Origin: a virus
IMG/VR virus record: IMGVR_UViG_3300045988_126281
DNA: 64,000 nt
Direction: 5' to 3' (one strand)
Below, piece by piece: positions 31,170-40,825 of the stretch; position 1 is the stretch's first letter, and each line of letters begins with the position of its first letter. Below the pieces are notes generated by a model, which worked only from the letters and a program-made list of their open reading frames with translations, was not told where the DNA came from and searched no databases. Position numbers and translations under genes: made by a program.

Positions 31170-31464
31170 CAACAAGTTCCCAAAAGTATTTAATACTACC
31201 AGAATCATTAAGATTCTTAATATATTCAAGTTGCATTTCATAATAATTATTTGTAAAATTAATTCTATTATTAATATTGTTAATATTAGCATTAATAGAA
31301 TCTCTTTGATTCTTTCGATAAGTAGTATCTATTTTGGCATTCATATATTTATCTAAATCAGATTTAAGAACTTTAATTGTCCAACCTTGATAAAAACAAA
31401 ATCCAGCTAAAAAGAAAACTACTATGGTTAAAAGTATTAATAAGAAATTCATTTTAATTTTCAT
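31159..31464 (-). CDS. Signal-anchor periplasmic protein, i-spanin-like
   Basis: 101 aa with N-terminal TM helix FLLILLTIVVFFLAGFCFY followed by a hydrophilic coiled coil. Confidence 0.45.
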   Translation of the reverse strand: MKIKMNFLLILLTIVVFFLAGFCFYQGWTIKVLKSDLDKYMNAKIDTTYRKNQRDSINANINNINNRINFTNNYYEMQLEYIKNLNDSGSIKYFWELVDGK

Positions 31465-31465
31465 A

Positions 31466-31882
31466 TTAAAGATGTTTAAGATTATAAAGAAGAGCTTCAG
31501 TAATTTTATTTGTAGGTGTCATACCAAGACTTGCAGAAATAGCTATTGCAGCAGCTGAACAGCCTCTATTAACACAATCATCAAAAATTTCATTAGCAAT
31601 TTTTTGAACTCGAACAGAATCTAATTCAAATTTGTCCCAATATTCTTCTTTATAAATATCTTTGATACAAGCGGTAAGCCAATTATTAGCCTTAAGTCTT
31701 TTATTAATCCCAATAAGACCATTAGTTCTTTTATCTTCATCTATAACTTTCCAAATTCTTGATTTAGGGTGTGCTCTTCGACTAATACCCATATATGTTT
31801 CTCCACCAGCATCATTAGGGTCATTCACATATCCTCCTTCATGAAAGATAGTTCTTTGAAAGGCAATGTCAAAATTAGCCAT
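31466..31882 (-). CDS. Endolysin, GH108-family N-acetylmuramidase domain
   Basis: N-terminal motif FHEGGYVNDPNDAGGETYMGI matches the GH108 signature EGGxxNDPxDxGGxTxxGI. Confidence 0.7.
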   Translation of the reverse strand: MANFDIAFQRTIFHEGGYVNDPNDAGGETYMGISRRAHPKSRIWKVIDEDKRTNGLIGINKRLKANNWLTACIKDIYKEEYWDKFELDSVRVQKIANEIFDDCVNRGCSAAAIAISASLGMTPTNKITEALLYNLKHL

Positions 31883-31888
31883 AACTCA

Positions 31889-32170
31889 TTAACAAATAAA
31901 CCAATCATTTGCAAGAATATCACTATTAGAAGGATTCCAATGCTCTACACAAGGAACATTATCTTCATTAATCCAACAAGAAGAAATAATAGCATTTCCT
32001 TTAACGCTACCGTAATGCTCAGCAATCTTTTTAAGATTAGGGTCAAAACATTTATCAGAAGTAATTAAAAATTCTGGTTTAATCCAAAGAAATTTACCAG
32101 TTCCGTTCCAAGCTTTCCTAGAAACTTGTTCTCCAGCTTTAAGCTTATAAAGTGCTTCACTAAAATCCAT
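31889..32170 (-). CDS. DUF2829-like small protein (Tad2-like)
   Basis: 93 aa; the FSEALYKLKAGEQVSRKAWNGTGKFLWIK ... LANDWFIC pattern resembles DUF2829. Confidence 0.5.
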   Translation of the reverse strand: MDFSEALYKLKAGEQVSRKAWNGTGKFLWIKPEFLITSDKCFDPNLKKIAEHYGSVKGNAIISSCWINEDNVPCVEHWNPSNSDILANDWFIC

Positions 32171-32179
32171 AATTTTATT

Positions 32180-32548
32180 TTAATTGTTTAATGTACGTTT
32201 AATCCAACCTTTATAATATTTCATTTGAGAAGGTTTCTTATCAACAATATCAGTATATTTTCTGATACGTTCAAGTTTATATTTATAATAAAAAGTATTA
32301 GCTTTAGCATCTTTAATTGAATCTATATAAAGTTTTATTTTTTCATCTCTTTTAGCAAGTTCAACTTCATATAAATCTATACAATCTTGTTTAATACTTA
32401 ACTGCCTGTAAAGGGAATCAATAACTTTTGTAGTACTATCTTGATAATTTCTATTAACTTTATCAGCATCAATTACAATAGTTTCAATTCTTCTTCCACA
32501 ACTTATAAGAAGAAAACTGAAAATTAATAAAATTTGTAATTTTTTCAT
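32180..32548 (-). CDS. Lipoprotein, possible outer-membrane spanin
   Basis: Signal peptide with lipobox LLISCG; 122 aa; lies beside the lysis genes. Confidence 0.5.
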   Translation of the reverse strand: MKKLQILLIFSFLLISCGRRIETIVIDADKVNRNYQDSTTKVIDSLYRQLSIKQDCIDLYEVELAKRDEKIKLYIDSIKDAKANTFYYKYKLERIRKYTDIVDKKPSQMKYYKGWIKRTLNN

Positions 32549-32550
32549 AT

Positions 32551-33549
32551 TTAATCAAAAAGACTTTTAGAAGAAACACGAGTAGCTTGAACTTCTTTAT
32601 AACGGTCAAGAAGTATTCTTTTAACTTCATTATTAAGATAATTCATTTTATAAAATGTAGTTTTAGGAACAGGATTATTTTTAATATGATAAAGTCCATC
32701 AGGAAATCTTTTAGGCATATTATATTTATTAAGAACAAAATCAGAATCAATATGACAAAGCCATAAGCCTTTACAAGGTATTCCAAGAATAAATTCAACC
32801 ATATAAGCATACATACTTAATTGAAGATTATAAACGCTTCCATTACAATCTGGAAGATTATTTACAGGAGCAAGAAGAGTATCGTTTTTTCTAACCCATT
32901 CGTTTGTTTCTTGAGCAGGTTTAGTACTTTTATCTTTTTTATAGTACCCAGATTCAAATTTAAGCCCTCCCCTATTTGTTTTCCAATCTCCAATAACAAA
33001 ACCATCATCTCTTATACAAAGAATATCAATAGTTCCTGAAATAAGATAATCAATAAGAAAAGCACCTATTTCTGAATAAATTTTATATCCTTTAGAAATA
33101 TAAAAATCAAATACATTATAAATTTGAGGATATTGATTATTAGTAATAAATTTAAATTCTTCAATATCGAGTTCTTTAACTTTTATATCAATATTAGGAA
33201 GGTCTGCAACAGTTATCATTTGACCATTAGGAAGCCTCATATATTTGATTGCTTCTCTAAACATTGAACTGCCCTTAACCCCATCTTCAAGTCCATTATG
33301 AGTTTTAGTACCACGAGCACAAGCTTCATCTTTAATAGCATCCCATTGAGCCTCAATTCTTTTTTCAGACATACCAAGTTCTTTAGCTTTACGTTTAAGC
33401 CAATAATCTTTATCAAACTTGTTATGATAACTACCTAAAAGTGTAGTAACAGATTTATAATCATTTCCTAAAGTATCATTATATTTATGCGGCCCTTCAT
33501 CAAAAACAAGTCTAACATCTTGGTATCGAGTATCTCTAAGAGTTAACAT
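32551..33549 (-). CDS. PD-(D/E)xK-family nuclease (exonuclease or Cas4-like)
   Basis: Motif ...GTIDILCIRDDGFVIGDWKTN, read as D...D/E.K. Confidence 0.5.
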   Translation of the reverse strand: MLTLRDTRYQDVRLVFDEGPHKYNDTLGNDYKSVTTLLGSYHNKFDKDYWLKRKAKELGMSEKRIEAQWDAIKDEACARGTKTHNGLEDGVKGSSMFREAIKYMRLPNGQMITVADLPNIDIKVKELDIEEFKFITNNQYPQIYNVFDFYISKGYKIYSEIGAFLIDYLISGTIDILCIRDDGFVIGDWKTNRGGLKFESGYYKKDKSTKPAQETNEWVRKNDTLLAPVNNLPDCNGSVYNLQLSMYAYMVEFILGIPCKGLWLCHIDSDFVLNKYNMPKRFPDGLYHIKNNPVPKTTFYKMNYLNNEVKRILLDRYKEVQATRVSSKSLFD

Positions 33550-33561
33550 TGTAACTTTATG

Positions 33562-34188
33562 TTAAATTTCCTCATCAGCATCCATTGAAGAAGTAATAGA
33601 TTTACCACCTCTTGCAATCTGTTCTTCTTCTTCATTACGAAGATTTTCATAAGCTTCTTTAATAGCTTTAGTAAGATTAGGAATTTCTACAATCCTTTTA
33701 TTAACAGCATCAATAAGATTAAGTATAGTAATGATGTCTTCTGTTGTTATAGCCCCATTAAGTTTTTTGTTAAGTTCTTCATTAATTCTATTAGCAGCAA
33801 TAGAAGAAATATGTACAGATTTTTGAAGAGTTTCAAGAGCAACACCAGCTTCAGTTATATTTTGTTTATAATACTTATCGATAAGTTTTAAAACAAGACT
33901 GTCAGGTGTATAATTTTCTTCAAGATTAAAATTTTCTATTGCTTCTTTAAGGCATTCATTATCACTACACCCTTTTTGTCTACAAGGACTTTTTGGGTCT
34001 CCAAGATAATAAATAACTCCGCATTCAGCAATATATCTTTTTTTATCTTGAGTTTTATCTCTGCTATAAAGAGCTAAAACATCTTTATCAAGTAGTTGTC
34101 GTGGATTAGGAGCACAAGGCATTCCTGATTCATCAACACTAATAATTTTATCAATATTTACTTTAAACTTCATAATAATCTTCGTCAC
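33562..34188 (-). CDS. Hypothetical protein
   Basis: 208-aa ORF. Confidence 0.5.
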   Translation of the reverse strand: MTKIIMKFKVNIDKIISVDESGMPCAPNPRQLLDKDVLALYSRDKTQDKKRYIAECGVIYYLGDPKSPCRQKGCSDNECLKEAIENFNLEENYTPDSLVLKLIDKYYKQNITEAGVALETLQKSVHISSIAANRINEELNKKLNGAITTEDIITILNLIDAVNKRIVEIPNLTKAIKEAYENLRNEEEEQIARGGKSITSSMDADEEI

Positions 34189-34717
34189 TTAATGCTTGAT
34201 AAGCATCTTCAACATCTTGCTCGAAAGGAACATAATCTAACATAGACCAAGCAAATAACCAAGTTTCAGCATAAACTTTACCAAATCTTGTAAGTAACTT
34301 TTCATATTTAGATTTTTGTTCAATTCTAACTTTACGCATATAAGTAAGATATTGTCGTTTAATTCTAACTCGTTCAGCACATTCTTCTTTAAGTTCTCGA
34401 TAGAATTGTTTAAAATCTTCACGAGTCATATGATGACGACTAAGAGCAATAAGTTTTCTTTCCGATTTAAGTTCAACAGCAACTTCATTCTTTCCAAGCA
34501 TACCTATGTATGGAATTGCAACAACTTTATTATTTTTAATTCCATCATAGATGCACTCTTCAAGATTTTTAATAATATCTGACATAATTTTATTATCTTC
34601 TTCAGTAGGAAGATTAAGAGCAAGAACTACATCTTTATAATTCCATTTTTTAATTAAGCCAGAATCTATATCTTCATATGAATCAGAAATATCTTGATTA
34701 ATTAAAGGCTCTTCCAT
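34163..34717 (-). CDS. Hypothetical protein
   Basis: 184-aa ORF. Confidence 0.5.
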   Translation of the reverse strand: MEEPLINQDISDSYEDIDSGLIKKWNYKDVVLALNLPTEEDNKIMSDIIKNLEECIYDGIKNNKVVAIPYIGMLGKNEVAVELKSERKLIALSRHHMTREDFKQFYRELKEECAERVRIKRQYLTYMRKVRIEQKSKYEKLLTRFGKVYAETWLFAWSMLDYVPFEQDVEDAYQALSDEDYYEV

Positions 34718-35219
34718 TTAATTGAACTTTAAAAGGGTCTTCAAGTTGGTATCCAATTTTAAAAGCTCCTTTAATAGCACTTTCAGGAATAATTTTAAAT
34801 TCAAGTCCAATAGCATCAAAAGAAATTTCACGAGTAGCACATTTTTTTGCTAATTCTGAATCAGAATTAATAAAATCAATTATACGACTAACATTAGCTT
34901 TAGTATTAATTGGACAATGAGTTGCAAGTTCAATATCACTTTTATTAATAACAAGACCATCTCCTACTTTAAATTCTTCTTTAAAAGTTTCAGTGTACTT
35001 TGCAAGAATAGGAATAACTTTAATAGTTTGTGGTTTAGAATTTTTACCTAAAAAAGCAAGGTCAAAAGAAGTTGTTTGATATGCTAATGCAACAATACAA
35101 TAATACTTTGGAAGTTTAATATCTTTTGTAAGATTCTCAAGAACTTTTGGAGTAATCTCATCAAGACTTTCAGGTACAGCTATTGCAAAATTAGCTTTGT
35201 TATTTACAAGATTGTACAT
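34698..35219 (-). CDS. Hypothetical protein
   Basis: 173-aa ORF. Confidence 0.5.
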   Translation of the reverse strand: MYNLVNNKANFAIAVPESLDEITPKVLENLTKDIKLPKYYCIVALAYQTTSFDLAFLGKNSKPQTIKVIPILAKYTETFKEEFKVGDGLVINKSDIELATHCPINTKANVSRIIDFINSDSELAKKCATREISFDAIGLEFKIIPESAIKGAFKIGYQLEDPFKVQLNGRAFN

Positions 35220-35294
35220 AATATTTTAATGTTTTGGTTTAATCATTTTTCTTGGGTCTACAATAGAACCACCTTCTTTAAGTGTTTTCATAAT

Positions 35295-35771
35295 TTAAAT
35301 ATTAATTCCAGCAGAAGTAATTTCTGGATTAAGTTCTATAACAACAAATTTAGCATCTGCTAAACTAACGTTAGAAATAAAATTATATTTATCAATAACT
35401 TTAATAGTTCCATTAGGAATACATCTTATTATATGTCTATCTAATAAACAATTAATAGCTCTATAATAAGTTGTTTTAGATTTACCATAAAAGTTTACAG
35501 CAGCTTTAACAATCTCATCTTGAACCATTTGTTTATTATTATAAACACACCAATAAATAGCAGTAAGGCATTCTCTTTCAGCTTTAGGAAGTTCAAGGGT
35601 ACAAGTGAATATTTTACAAAGATTAAGAAATTTAATATCTATATCACTATTCCCTTTAGATTTAGTATTATCACAAACAAACTTAACTATTTCTTCATCT
35701 TGAACAAAATGTGAAGATTCAAAATCAGTATAAGTTTTATGACCAGTTCTATCATCAACATTAAGATTCAT
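35295..35771 (-). CDS. Hypothetical protein (first gene of the leftward block)
   Basis: 158-aa ORF. Confidence 0.5.
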   Translation of the reverse strand: MNLNVDDRTGHKTYTDFESSHFVQDEEIVKFVCDNTKSKGNSDIDIKFLNLCKIFTCTLELPKAERECLTAIYWCVYNNKQMVQDEIVKAAVNFYGKSKTTYYRAINCLLDRHIIRCIPNGTIKVIDKYNFISNVSLADAKFVVIELNPEITSAGINI

Positions 35772-35855
35772 TATATCATAACTTTTACAATTTCTGCAAC
35801 TAATATACGCATTTTTTGTAAAAATTCAAATAATGTTTATATTAGTCTTAGTAAT

Positions 35856-35873
35856 CCTGCCTGTAAAGGAATT
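35856..35873 (+). repeat. Dispersed motif copy cctgcctgtaaaggaatt in the divergent promoter region
   Basis: Exact core copy read directly. Confidence 0.8.
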
Positions 35874-35906
35874 GTTATATTTAATGATATTATTATACCT
35901 TATGAT

Positions 35907-36554
35907 ATGATTAATAAAACTGAAATAAAATTTACTGCCTTTAGTATTACTTCTGTTCGTGCTGAACAAAAATCAGAAGATAATAATGCAACTCCTAAAT
36001 TTAGAATTAATACTGATAAAAAAGGACAAATGTATTTTAGAGTTAAGCAAGAAGAATTTAATCGTCTTGAAAGACTTAGACAAAGTATTGCTTGTACTCC
36101 TTTTGAAGTTAAAGATAAATATCCAAGTTCAATGCCTGTTGATACTGTTATTAATGATGGAATTTATTGTTTAATTGAGCCTTATAAATTATTTGAAATA
36201 GCTGACAGACTTCCAAAGAATTGTTTTAAATATTTTCTTATTCTTTGTAAAGAACTTCTTCCTGATACAAATATTATTACTTTAGTTGGAACAGAAGTTG
36301 CTAAAAAATATGGTTTTGATGTTAGTCATATTCAAAACTATAATGCTATTCTTTGTGATTTGCAAATTATAGTTAGAACTGATGTTCAAAGTACTTTTGT
36401 AATTAATCATAATATTATTTATAAAGGTGACCTTAATAAATTTTCTAAAAACTATAAAGAAATTTATAATGATTCTGTTCCAGAACGTATTAATTATACA
36501 AAGATAAAACTTAGTAATAAAAAAGCTTATGTTAACAAGAATAAAACGGATTAA
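35907..36554 (+). CDS. RepL-like replication initiator paralog 1
   Basis: C-terminal TFVINHNIIYKGDLNKFSKNYKEIY is paralogous to MYVVNHNMIFKGNLEKFIATYNELY of the 37587 ORF. Start moved to an internal ATG at 35907 to avoid overlap with the divergent gene. Confidence 0.5.
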   Translation: MINKTEIKFTAFSITSVRAEQKSEDNNATPKFRINTDKKGQMYFRVKQEEFNRLERLRQSIACTPFEVKDKYPSSMPVDTVINDGIYCLIEPYKLFEIADRLPKNCFKYFLILCKELLPDTNIITLVGTEVAKKYGFDVSHIQNYNAILCDLQIIVRTDVQSTFVINHNIIYKGDLNKFSKNYKEIYNDSVPERINYTKIKLSNKKAYVNKNKTD

Positions 36555-36789
36555 ATTTGCCGATGAAGAACAATATGTTATTGAATATTGCATCGATGCT
36601 AATGAATGGAATTTTATCATTAATGAAGATAATGATTTTCCTAAATATTTTAATAATGTTGAAATAGCTGAAGATTATGCACAACAGTTTGAACAATATC
36701 ATTTTCTTACTAGTTATGTTAATAATACAGGTAGATATAATGCTAATATTGAAGAAGAAATTAAAATGATTGAACAAGTAAAATTATGA
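36529..36789 (+). CDS. Small hypothetical protein
   Basis: 86-aa ORF. Confidence 0.35.
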   Translation: MLTRIKRIKFADEEQYVIEYCIDANEWNFIINEDNDFPKYFNNVEIAEDYAQQFEQYHFLTSYVNNTGRYNANIEEEIKMIEQVKL

Positions 36790-37028
36790 AAGAATTTTAT
36801 AAGCATTCAAAAAATTATCGTTGGAGTATCAGTCATATTCATACAAAATGTGCTAATTATAAAGACGATTATAAAAAAGTTTTATTTAAACCTGGTTTTC
36901 GTTGTCATAAATTTATTTTAGATAAAAGTATTGCTTTTTATTTTAATATCCATTATAAAAATTATATTAGTAGTTATATATTAACTGTGCCATATATAAT
37001 AAAAAGAATTAATTCTAACTGTGCTTAA
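36786..37028 (+). CDS. Small hypothetical protein
   Basis: 80-aa ORF. Confidence 0.35.
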   Translation: MKEFYKHSKNYRWSISHIHTKCANYKDDYKKVLFKPGFRCHKFILDKSIAFYFNIHYKNYISSYILTVPYIIKRINSNCA

Positions 37029-37274
37029 CCTCATAATTGTAATAAATATACTATAACACATTCAAGTCGTCTTAGTCGTGATGATTAAGGCGGCTTTTAT
37101 TATGCTTATGAATATATAAAAATAAAATTATTAAAATTATAAAATTTAGTTTATAATAGTCTTAATGAAGATTATAACAAACTTCTGATTATCTTTCATT
37201 AGAAAAGATTAATCTTGTTATAGATGGTTCTGATTAGTGCGCTTGCCCTTGTTCAGTAGCAGATTATTACAACC

Positions 37275-37395
37275 CTGCCCGTAGAGGAATGAGCTATTGC
37301 AATTCCAATTGTTGCTTATGGTAAGATTCATAATGATATTTGTTGTAATCATTATCTTATTAGTGGGCAAGATGATGCCATTCCTTTACAGGCAG
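37275..37395. repeat. Inverted pair of the motif (ctgcccgtagaggaatg ... cattcctttacaggcag) bracketing ~90 nt of non-coding DNA
   Basis: Read directly. Confidence 0.7.
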
Positions 37396-37586
37396 TTGAA
37401 TCCAATGATACTTAGTGTGCCTTTGAACCTAATGTTATTAAATATGTTAATGATTTTGTTTGATATAATACTGGTATATCTATAAGATATAATACTGTCA
37501 TATAGTTAAGTGATTGATTATTAATATATTAGAAAATCATAACTATGAGCTGGAGTTCACAATTATGAATTTTTTAGTGTCGTTGT

Positions 37587-38195
37587 GTGAACTATATCCG
37601 ACAAATTACTATTTTTGTGAAGTATGATTCATTCTTTAATAATTTAATTATGGAGTTTAAGTTTAATAAAAGAGTACTTAAAGGTTATGGTATTAAAGTT
37701 AGTGCTAAAGCGGTTAAAGAAGCATCTAAAATAATGCCTACAACTTTTAATTTAGATTATGATTCTGCTACTAAATCTTGTTTTGATGAAGTTGTTAATG
37801 GCTATATGATTAGTCTTAATAAAGATTATGTTAAGAAAGAACCATATAGTATTATTAGCATTGCTTTAACTTTAAACTTTCCTAAACTTTCTAGACCTGC
37901 ATTGCTTCTTGTTGGTTATATTGCTTCTAAAATTCAATTTGATTCAAACTATATTGAGCTTAAAGAAAAAGATTTTGCTGGATATTCTGGACTATGTAAT
38001 AAATCTTTCTTTGATGGAATAAAAGAACTTGTTGATATTAAAGTTCTCGCTATTACTAATCGTAAATCTATGTATGTTGTTAATCATAATATGATATTTA
38101 AAGGTAATCTTGAAAAGTTTATTGCTACTTATAATGAACTTTATGGAAAACCTTGTGTTGTTGATGAGCAAGGACGTATTGTTATTGATAAATAA
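37587..38195 (+). CDS. RepL-like replication initiator (start possibly at 37650, MEFKFNK)
   Basis: Overall resemblance to firmicute and crAss RepL; paralogous to 35907..36554. Confidence 0.6.
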   Translation: MNYIRQITIFVKYDSFFNNLIMEFKFNKRVLKGYGIKVSAKAVKEASKIMPTTFNLDYDSATKSCFDEVVNGYMISLNKDYVKKEPYSIISIALTLNFPKLSRPALLLVGYIASKIQFDSNYIELKEKDFAGYSGLCNKSFFDGIKELVDIKVLAITNRKSMYVVNHNMIFKGNLEKFIATYNELYGKPCVVDEQGRIVIDK

Positions 38196-38204
38196 GATAT
38201 TGTT

Positions 38205-38405
38205 ATGAGTTATCAAAATGATATTACAATTCGTAAAACTGTTGTTTATAACGGTTATTGCAATAATATAATTAATGATATTAATTATTATAATTATCTT
38301 AAGCGTTGTTGTTATATAATTGGTTCTGCTGTAAGAAATCCTAATAATGCTGATGTTGTAAGTAATTGTAATCTTAAACTTATAGATATAAAATATGATA
38401 AATAA
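38205..38405 (+). CDS. Small hypothetical protein
   Basis: 66-aa ORF. Confidence 0.3.
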   Translation: MSYQNDITIRKTVVYNGYCNNIINDINYYNYLKRCCYIIGSAVRNPNNADVVSNCNLKLIDIKYDK

Positions 38406-38556
38406 AGAAATGATGGGACAGGTGGAATTGATAATTCTGCTTGTCCTATTTCTTTTATTGTTGTTTGTGATGAAGTTTGTTATGTTATTTGTTTTGCTGA
38501 TTATAATTTTCTTTGAGGAAAAATCGAAAAGCTGCTCGCTGTATTATTGTCATAAT

Positions 38557-38700
38557 CTAGTATTATTCTAATACTAGATTATTCTAATATAATATAATAT
38601 AATATATAAATAAATATATAATATAATATAAATAATATATTATTATATAATAATATTATATAAATATAATATTATTATAATGTAGTATTGGATAAAGACC
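38557..38700. repeat. Hairpin ctagtatta-ttc-taatactag followed by an irregular (TA/ATA/TAA)n low-complexity tract
   Basis: Read directly; about 140 nt of almost pure A/T with 2-3-nt periodicity. Confidence 0.7.
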
Positions 38701-39440
38701 GAAGTCTTGGTAATAAAGTTTGTAATAAAGTTATAGATTTTATTTATGATAATAATAATGATTTTCTTATAGGTAAATTTAATGATTTTATTTATGTTGA
38801 ATTTATTATTAATAATATAATTTTTAGTTATAGTAAAAATATAATTGAAATATAAGATAAAGTTTATTATAAAATTTATATTAGATTTGAAGTTATTGAT
38901 ATTATTAAAATTAATGTTAAAAATAGAATTAAAAGAAGTAATCATTTTATAGAAGGTAGTTAATGTAATTGAATTTAAATAAATGGTGTTATTATTAAAT
39001 ATTTTATTATTGATGGAAAATGATATAATCATAGTGCTAATAAAATTTATAATATTTATAATAAAAATATTGTTTTTCTTTGTAATGAAAATGGACATAA
39101 TGATAGAATTAGTCTTTTGTGTGTAAGATAAGATTATATTATAGGAAATGATATTGTTGAAATTTGTGTTTAATTTTGTTGTCAAATTGGTTATAAAGTT
39201 AATAGAAGTAATATTTATTTTTATTGTGTTGTTATTAATAGTGAAGATTATTATAGGCGGAATAAATATATTATTGTTAAAGGTGGCCACCTTATAAGAA
39301 ATTACATTGTTGAATTTAATAATGTAAAATTAAATATAATTATTAATTTTATTGCAATAAGAAATATTAATTGTTTTATTGCTATGAATGATTGTGCTGA
39401 TTATTATGAAATTAAATATATAGTGTGAGTTTAGTTTATT
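38700..39440 (+). other. Non-coding, C-depleted region (about 2% C against about 15% G on the + strand)
   Basis: About 16 C in about 740 nt counted by eye. Contains GGTGGCCACC palindrome and GGCCACCTTATA[AG]GAA direct repeats at 39285 and 39453. Confidence 0.6.
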
Positions 39441-39519
39441 TGTGTAAGACTGGGCCACCTTATAGGAAGCCCCGGGTGCTTCAATAAGACTTGAAGTCCC
39501 CCGTCAACTTCCATGTGAA

Positions 39520-39529
39520 AACCTCAAAC
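39520..39529 (+). promoter_or_regulatory. Candidate promoter box AACCTCAAAC (copy 1) with downstream TATTATA...TTGG
   Basis: One of four + strand copies, all upstream of GC-enriched genes. Confidence 0.4.
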
Positions 39530-39643
39530 TTGGCTACTATTATATTCTTGGAATTACTGAAATAATTAATTCTATCACATCAGATGATGATACTTATTCT
39601 GATGTTGATGTTTCTTTCGTATCTACTAAATCAAGTTTATCTT

Positions 39644-40117
39644 ATGAAAACTCTTGATTCTCTAACAGTTGCTCTTGCTGAAGGCACAAGAGTTACTGTT
39701 CGTAATGGCAAACTCTTTGTCATTACTAATGCCGAACTGCCTTCTGTTAATGACACTATTTGTACTGCGTTTCTTGATAAGAAGCAGTTTGTGTCTGCTC
39801 TTCTTAAGCACAGTGGTGCTTCCAAGTTTGTTAATGACAAACTCATAGAGGAGCTTGATGTCAAAGTTGGGGACAATTATGTCACTAAACGTGTGTACAA
39901 CGACTATGCTGTTGCTTACGCTGCATCTCATTGCTCCTATGTTCTTCAGCCTACTCTTATGGAAGCTGGAGATACTTATGACAAAGCAAACGGAGAACTT
40001 GGAGTTATCGAAACAAGTTATATCAAGTTTGACATTGTTAGTGTTGAACCTGATGAAGCTATGTCTGCTGCACTTACTAAGTATGCGGCTGCCGAACGTG
40101 ATTTCTTCGGATTCTAA
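39644..40117 (+). CDS. Hypothetical protein, GC-enriched codon usage, C-terminal ...ERDFFGF
   Basis: Start MKTLDSL; clean 158-aa ORF with composition distinct from the AT-rich neighbours. Confidence 0.6.
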   Translation: MKTLDSLTVALAEGTRVTVRNGKLFVITNAELPSVNDTICTAFLDKKQFVSALLKHSGASKFVNDKLIEELDVKVGDNYVTKRVYNDYAVAYAASHCSYVLQPTLMEAGDTYDKANGELGVIETSYIKFDIVSVEPDEAMSAALTKYAAAERDFFGF

Positions 40118-40171
40118 TGTTCATTTGCTCCTCCTTATCACGGAGGAGGAGCATTTAATGATGCTTTCGTT

Positions 40172-40423
40172 ATGAAAATTCTTGCTTATCTTGTATTTGG
40201 ACTTGATAAAGTCATTTACAATGTGTTTGGAGTTGTTACTCCAATAAAACGTGCTTATTGGCGTCGTAAAGCGAAAGAGATTCAAAAAGCTCTTGATTAT
40301 CAACATAATAAAGTAGCTAAATATAATAGTTATGCTGCCAATAAAATGACTGGCAGGTTTTATGTTGAAAAGTATGGTATAATTGATTCTATTCGTGAAC
40401 TCAATCATCCTGGTAGGATATAG
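40172..40423 (+). CDS. Small hypothetical protein
   Basis: 83-aa ORF followed by a strong terminator. Confidence 0.45.
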   Translation: MKILAYLVFGLDKVIYNVFGVVTPIKRAYWRRKAKEIQKALDYQHNKVAKYNSYAANKMTGRFYVEKYGIIDSIRELNHPGRI

Positions 40424-40427
40424 GACA

Positions 40428-40462
40428 GTTCTGGTACTAGAGATAGTACCAGAACTTCTTTT
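40428..40462 (+). terminator. Rho-independent terminator
   Basis: 11-bp perfect stem gttctggtact / agtaccagaac, loop agagat, then ttctttt. Confidence 0.7.
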
Positions 40463-40466
40463 ACAA

Positions 40467-40476
40467 AACCTCAAAC
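40467..40476 (+). promoter_or_regulatory. Candidate promoter box AACCTCAAAC (copy 2)
   Basis: aaaacctcaaacttatactattataactttggg, near-identical to copy 1. Confidence 0.4.
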
Positions 40477-40572
40477 TTATACTATTATAACTTTGGGTAT
40501 TAATTCGTTCTGAACCTGTTTTGCTTATGATGATAACAGTTGTGAAAACTCTTATCATCATTCTTTTTATAT

Positions 40573-40582
40573 AACCTCAAAC
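40573..40582 (+). promoter_or_regulatory. Candidate promoter box AACCTCAAAC (copy 3)
   Basis: ataacctcaaacggaaacgattaagatattgg. Confidence 0.35.
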
Positions 40583-40825
40583 GGAAACGATTAAGATATT
40601 GGTAGAAGTAATAGTAACAGTTATTTTTATCTTATAAGGTTTTACTCTTCTCAGCGGCCTTATAATAATATTATGAGAAGATACTTATAAACTTATGTGT
40701 GGAATAATAAGTATTAATTTAGAAACACTTATGGTTCAAGTATTGCCTTTACTTGTGTTACAGCCATTATCATGCGAAAAGGCAAAATGGCACTATCTTA
40801 TGGTAGTGCCATTATTTTTTATATT

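Noticed and set aside
38557-38700. Possible CRISPR array or tandem repeat in the TA-rich tract
   Set aside because: The periodicity is 2-3 nt and irregular, with no 25-40-nt direct repeats separated by unique spacers. It is a simple low-complexity tract.
38643-39290. 215-aa - strand ORF across the C-depleted region
   Set aside because: Almost pure N/I/F/K low-complexity product of an AT-rich, C-poor tract with no credible start context. Treated as non-coding.
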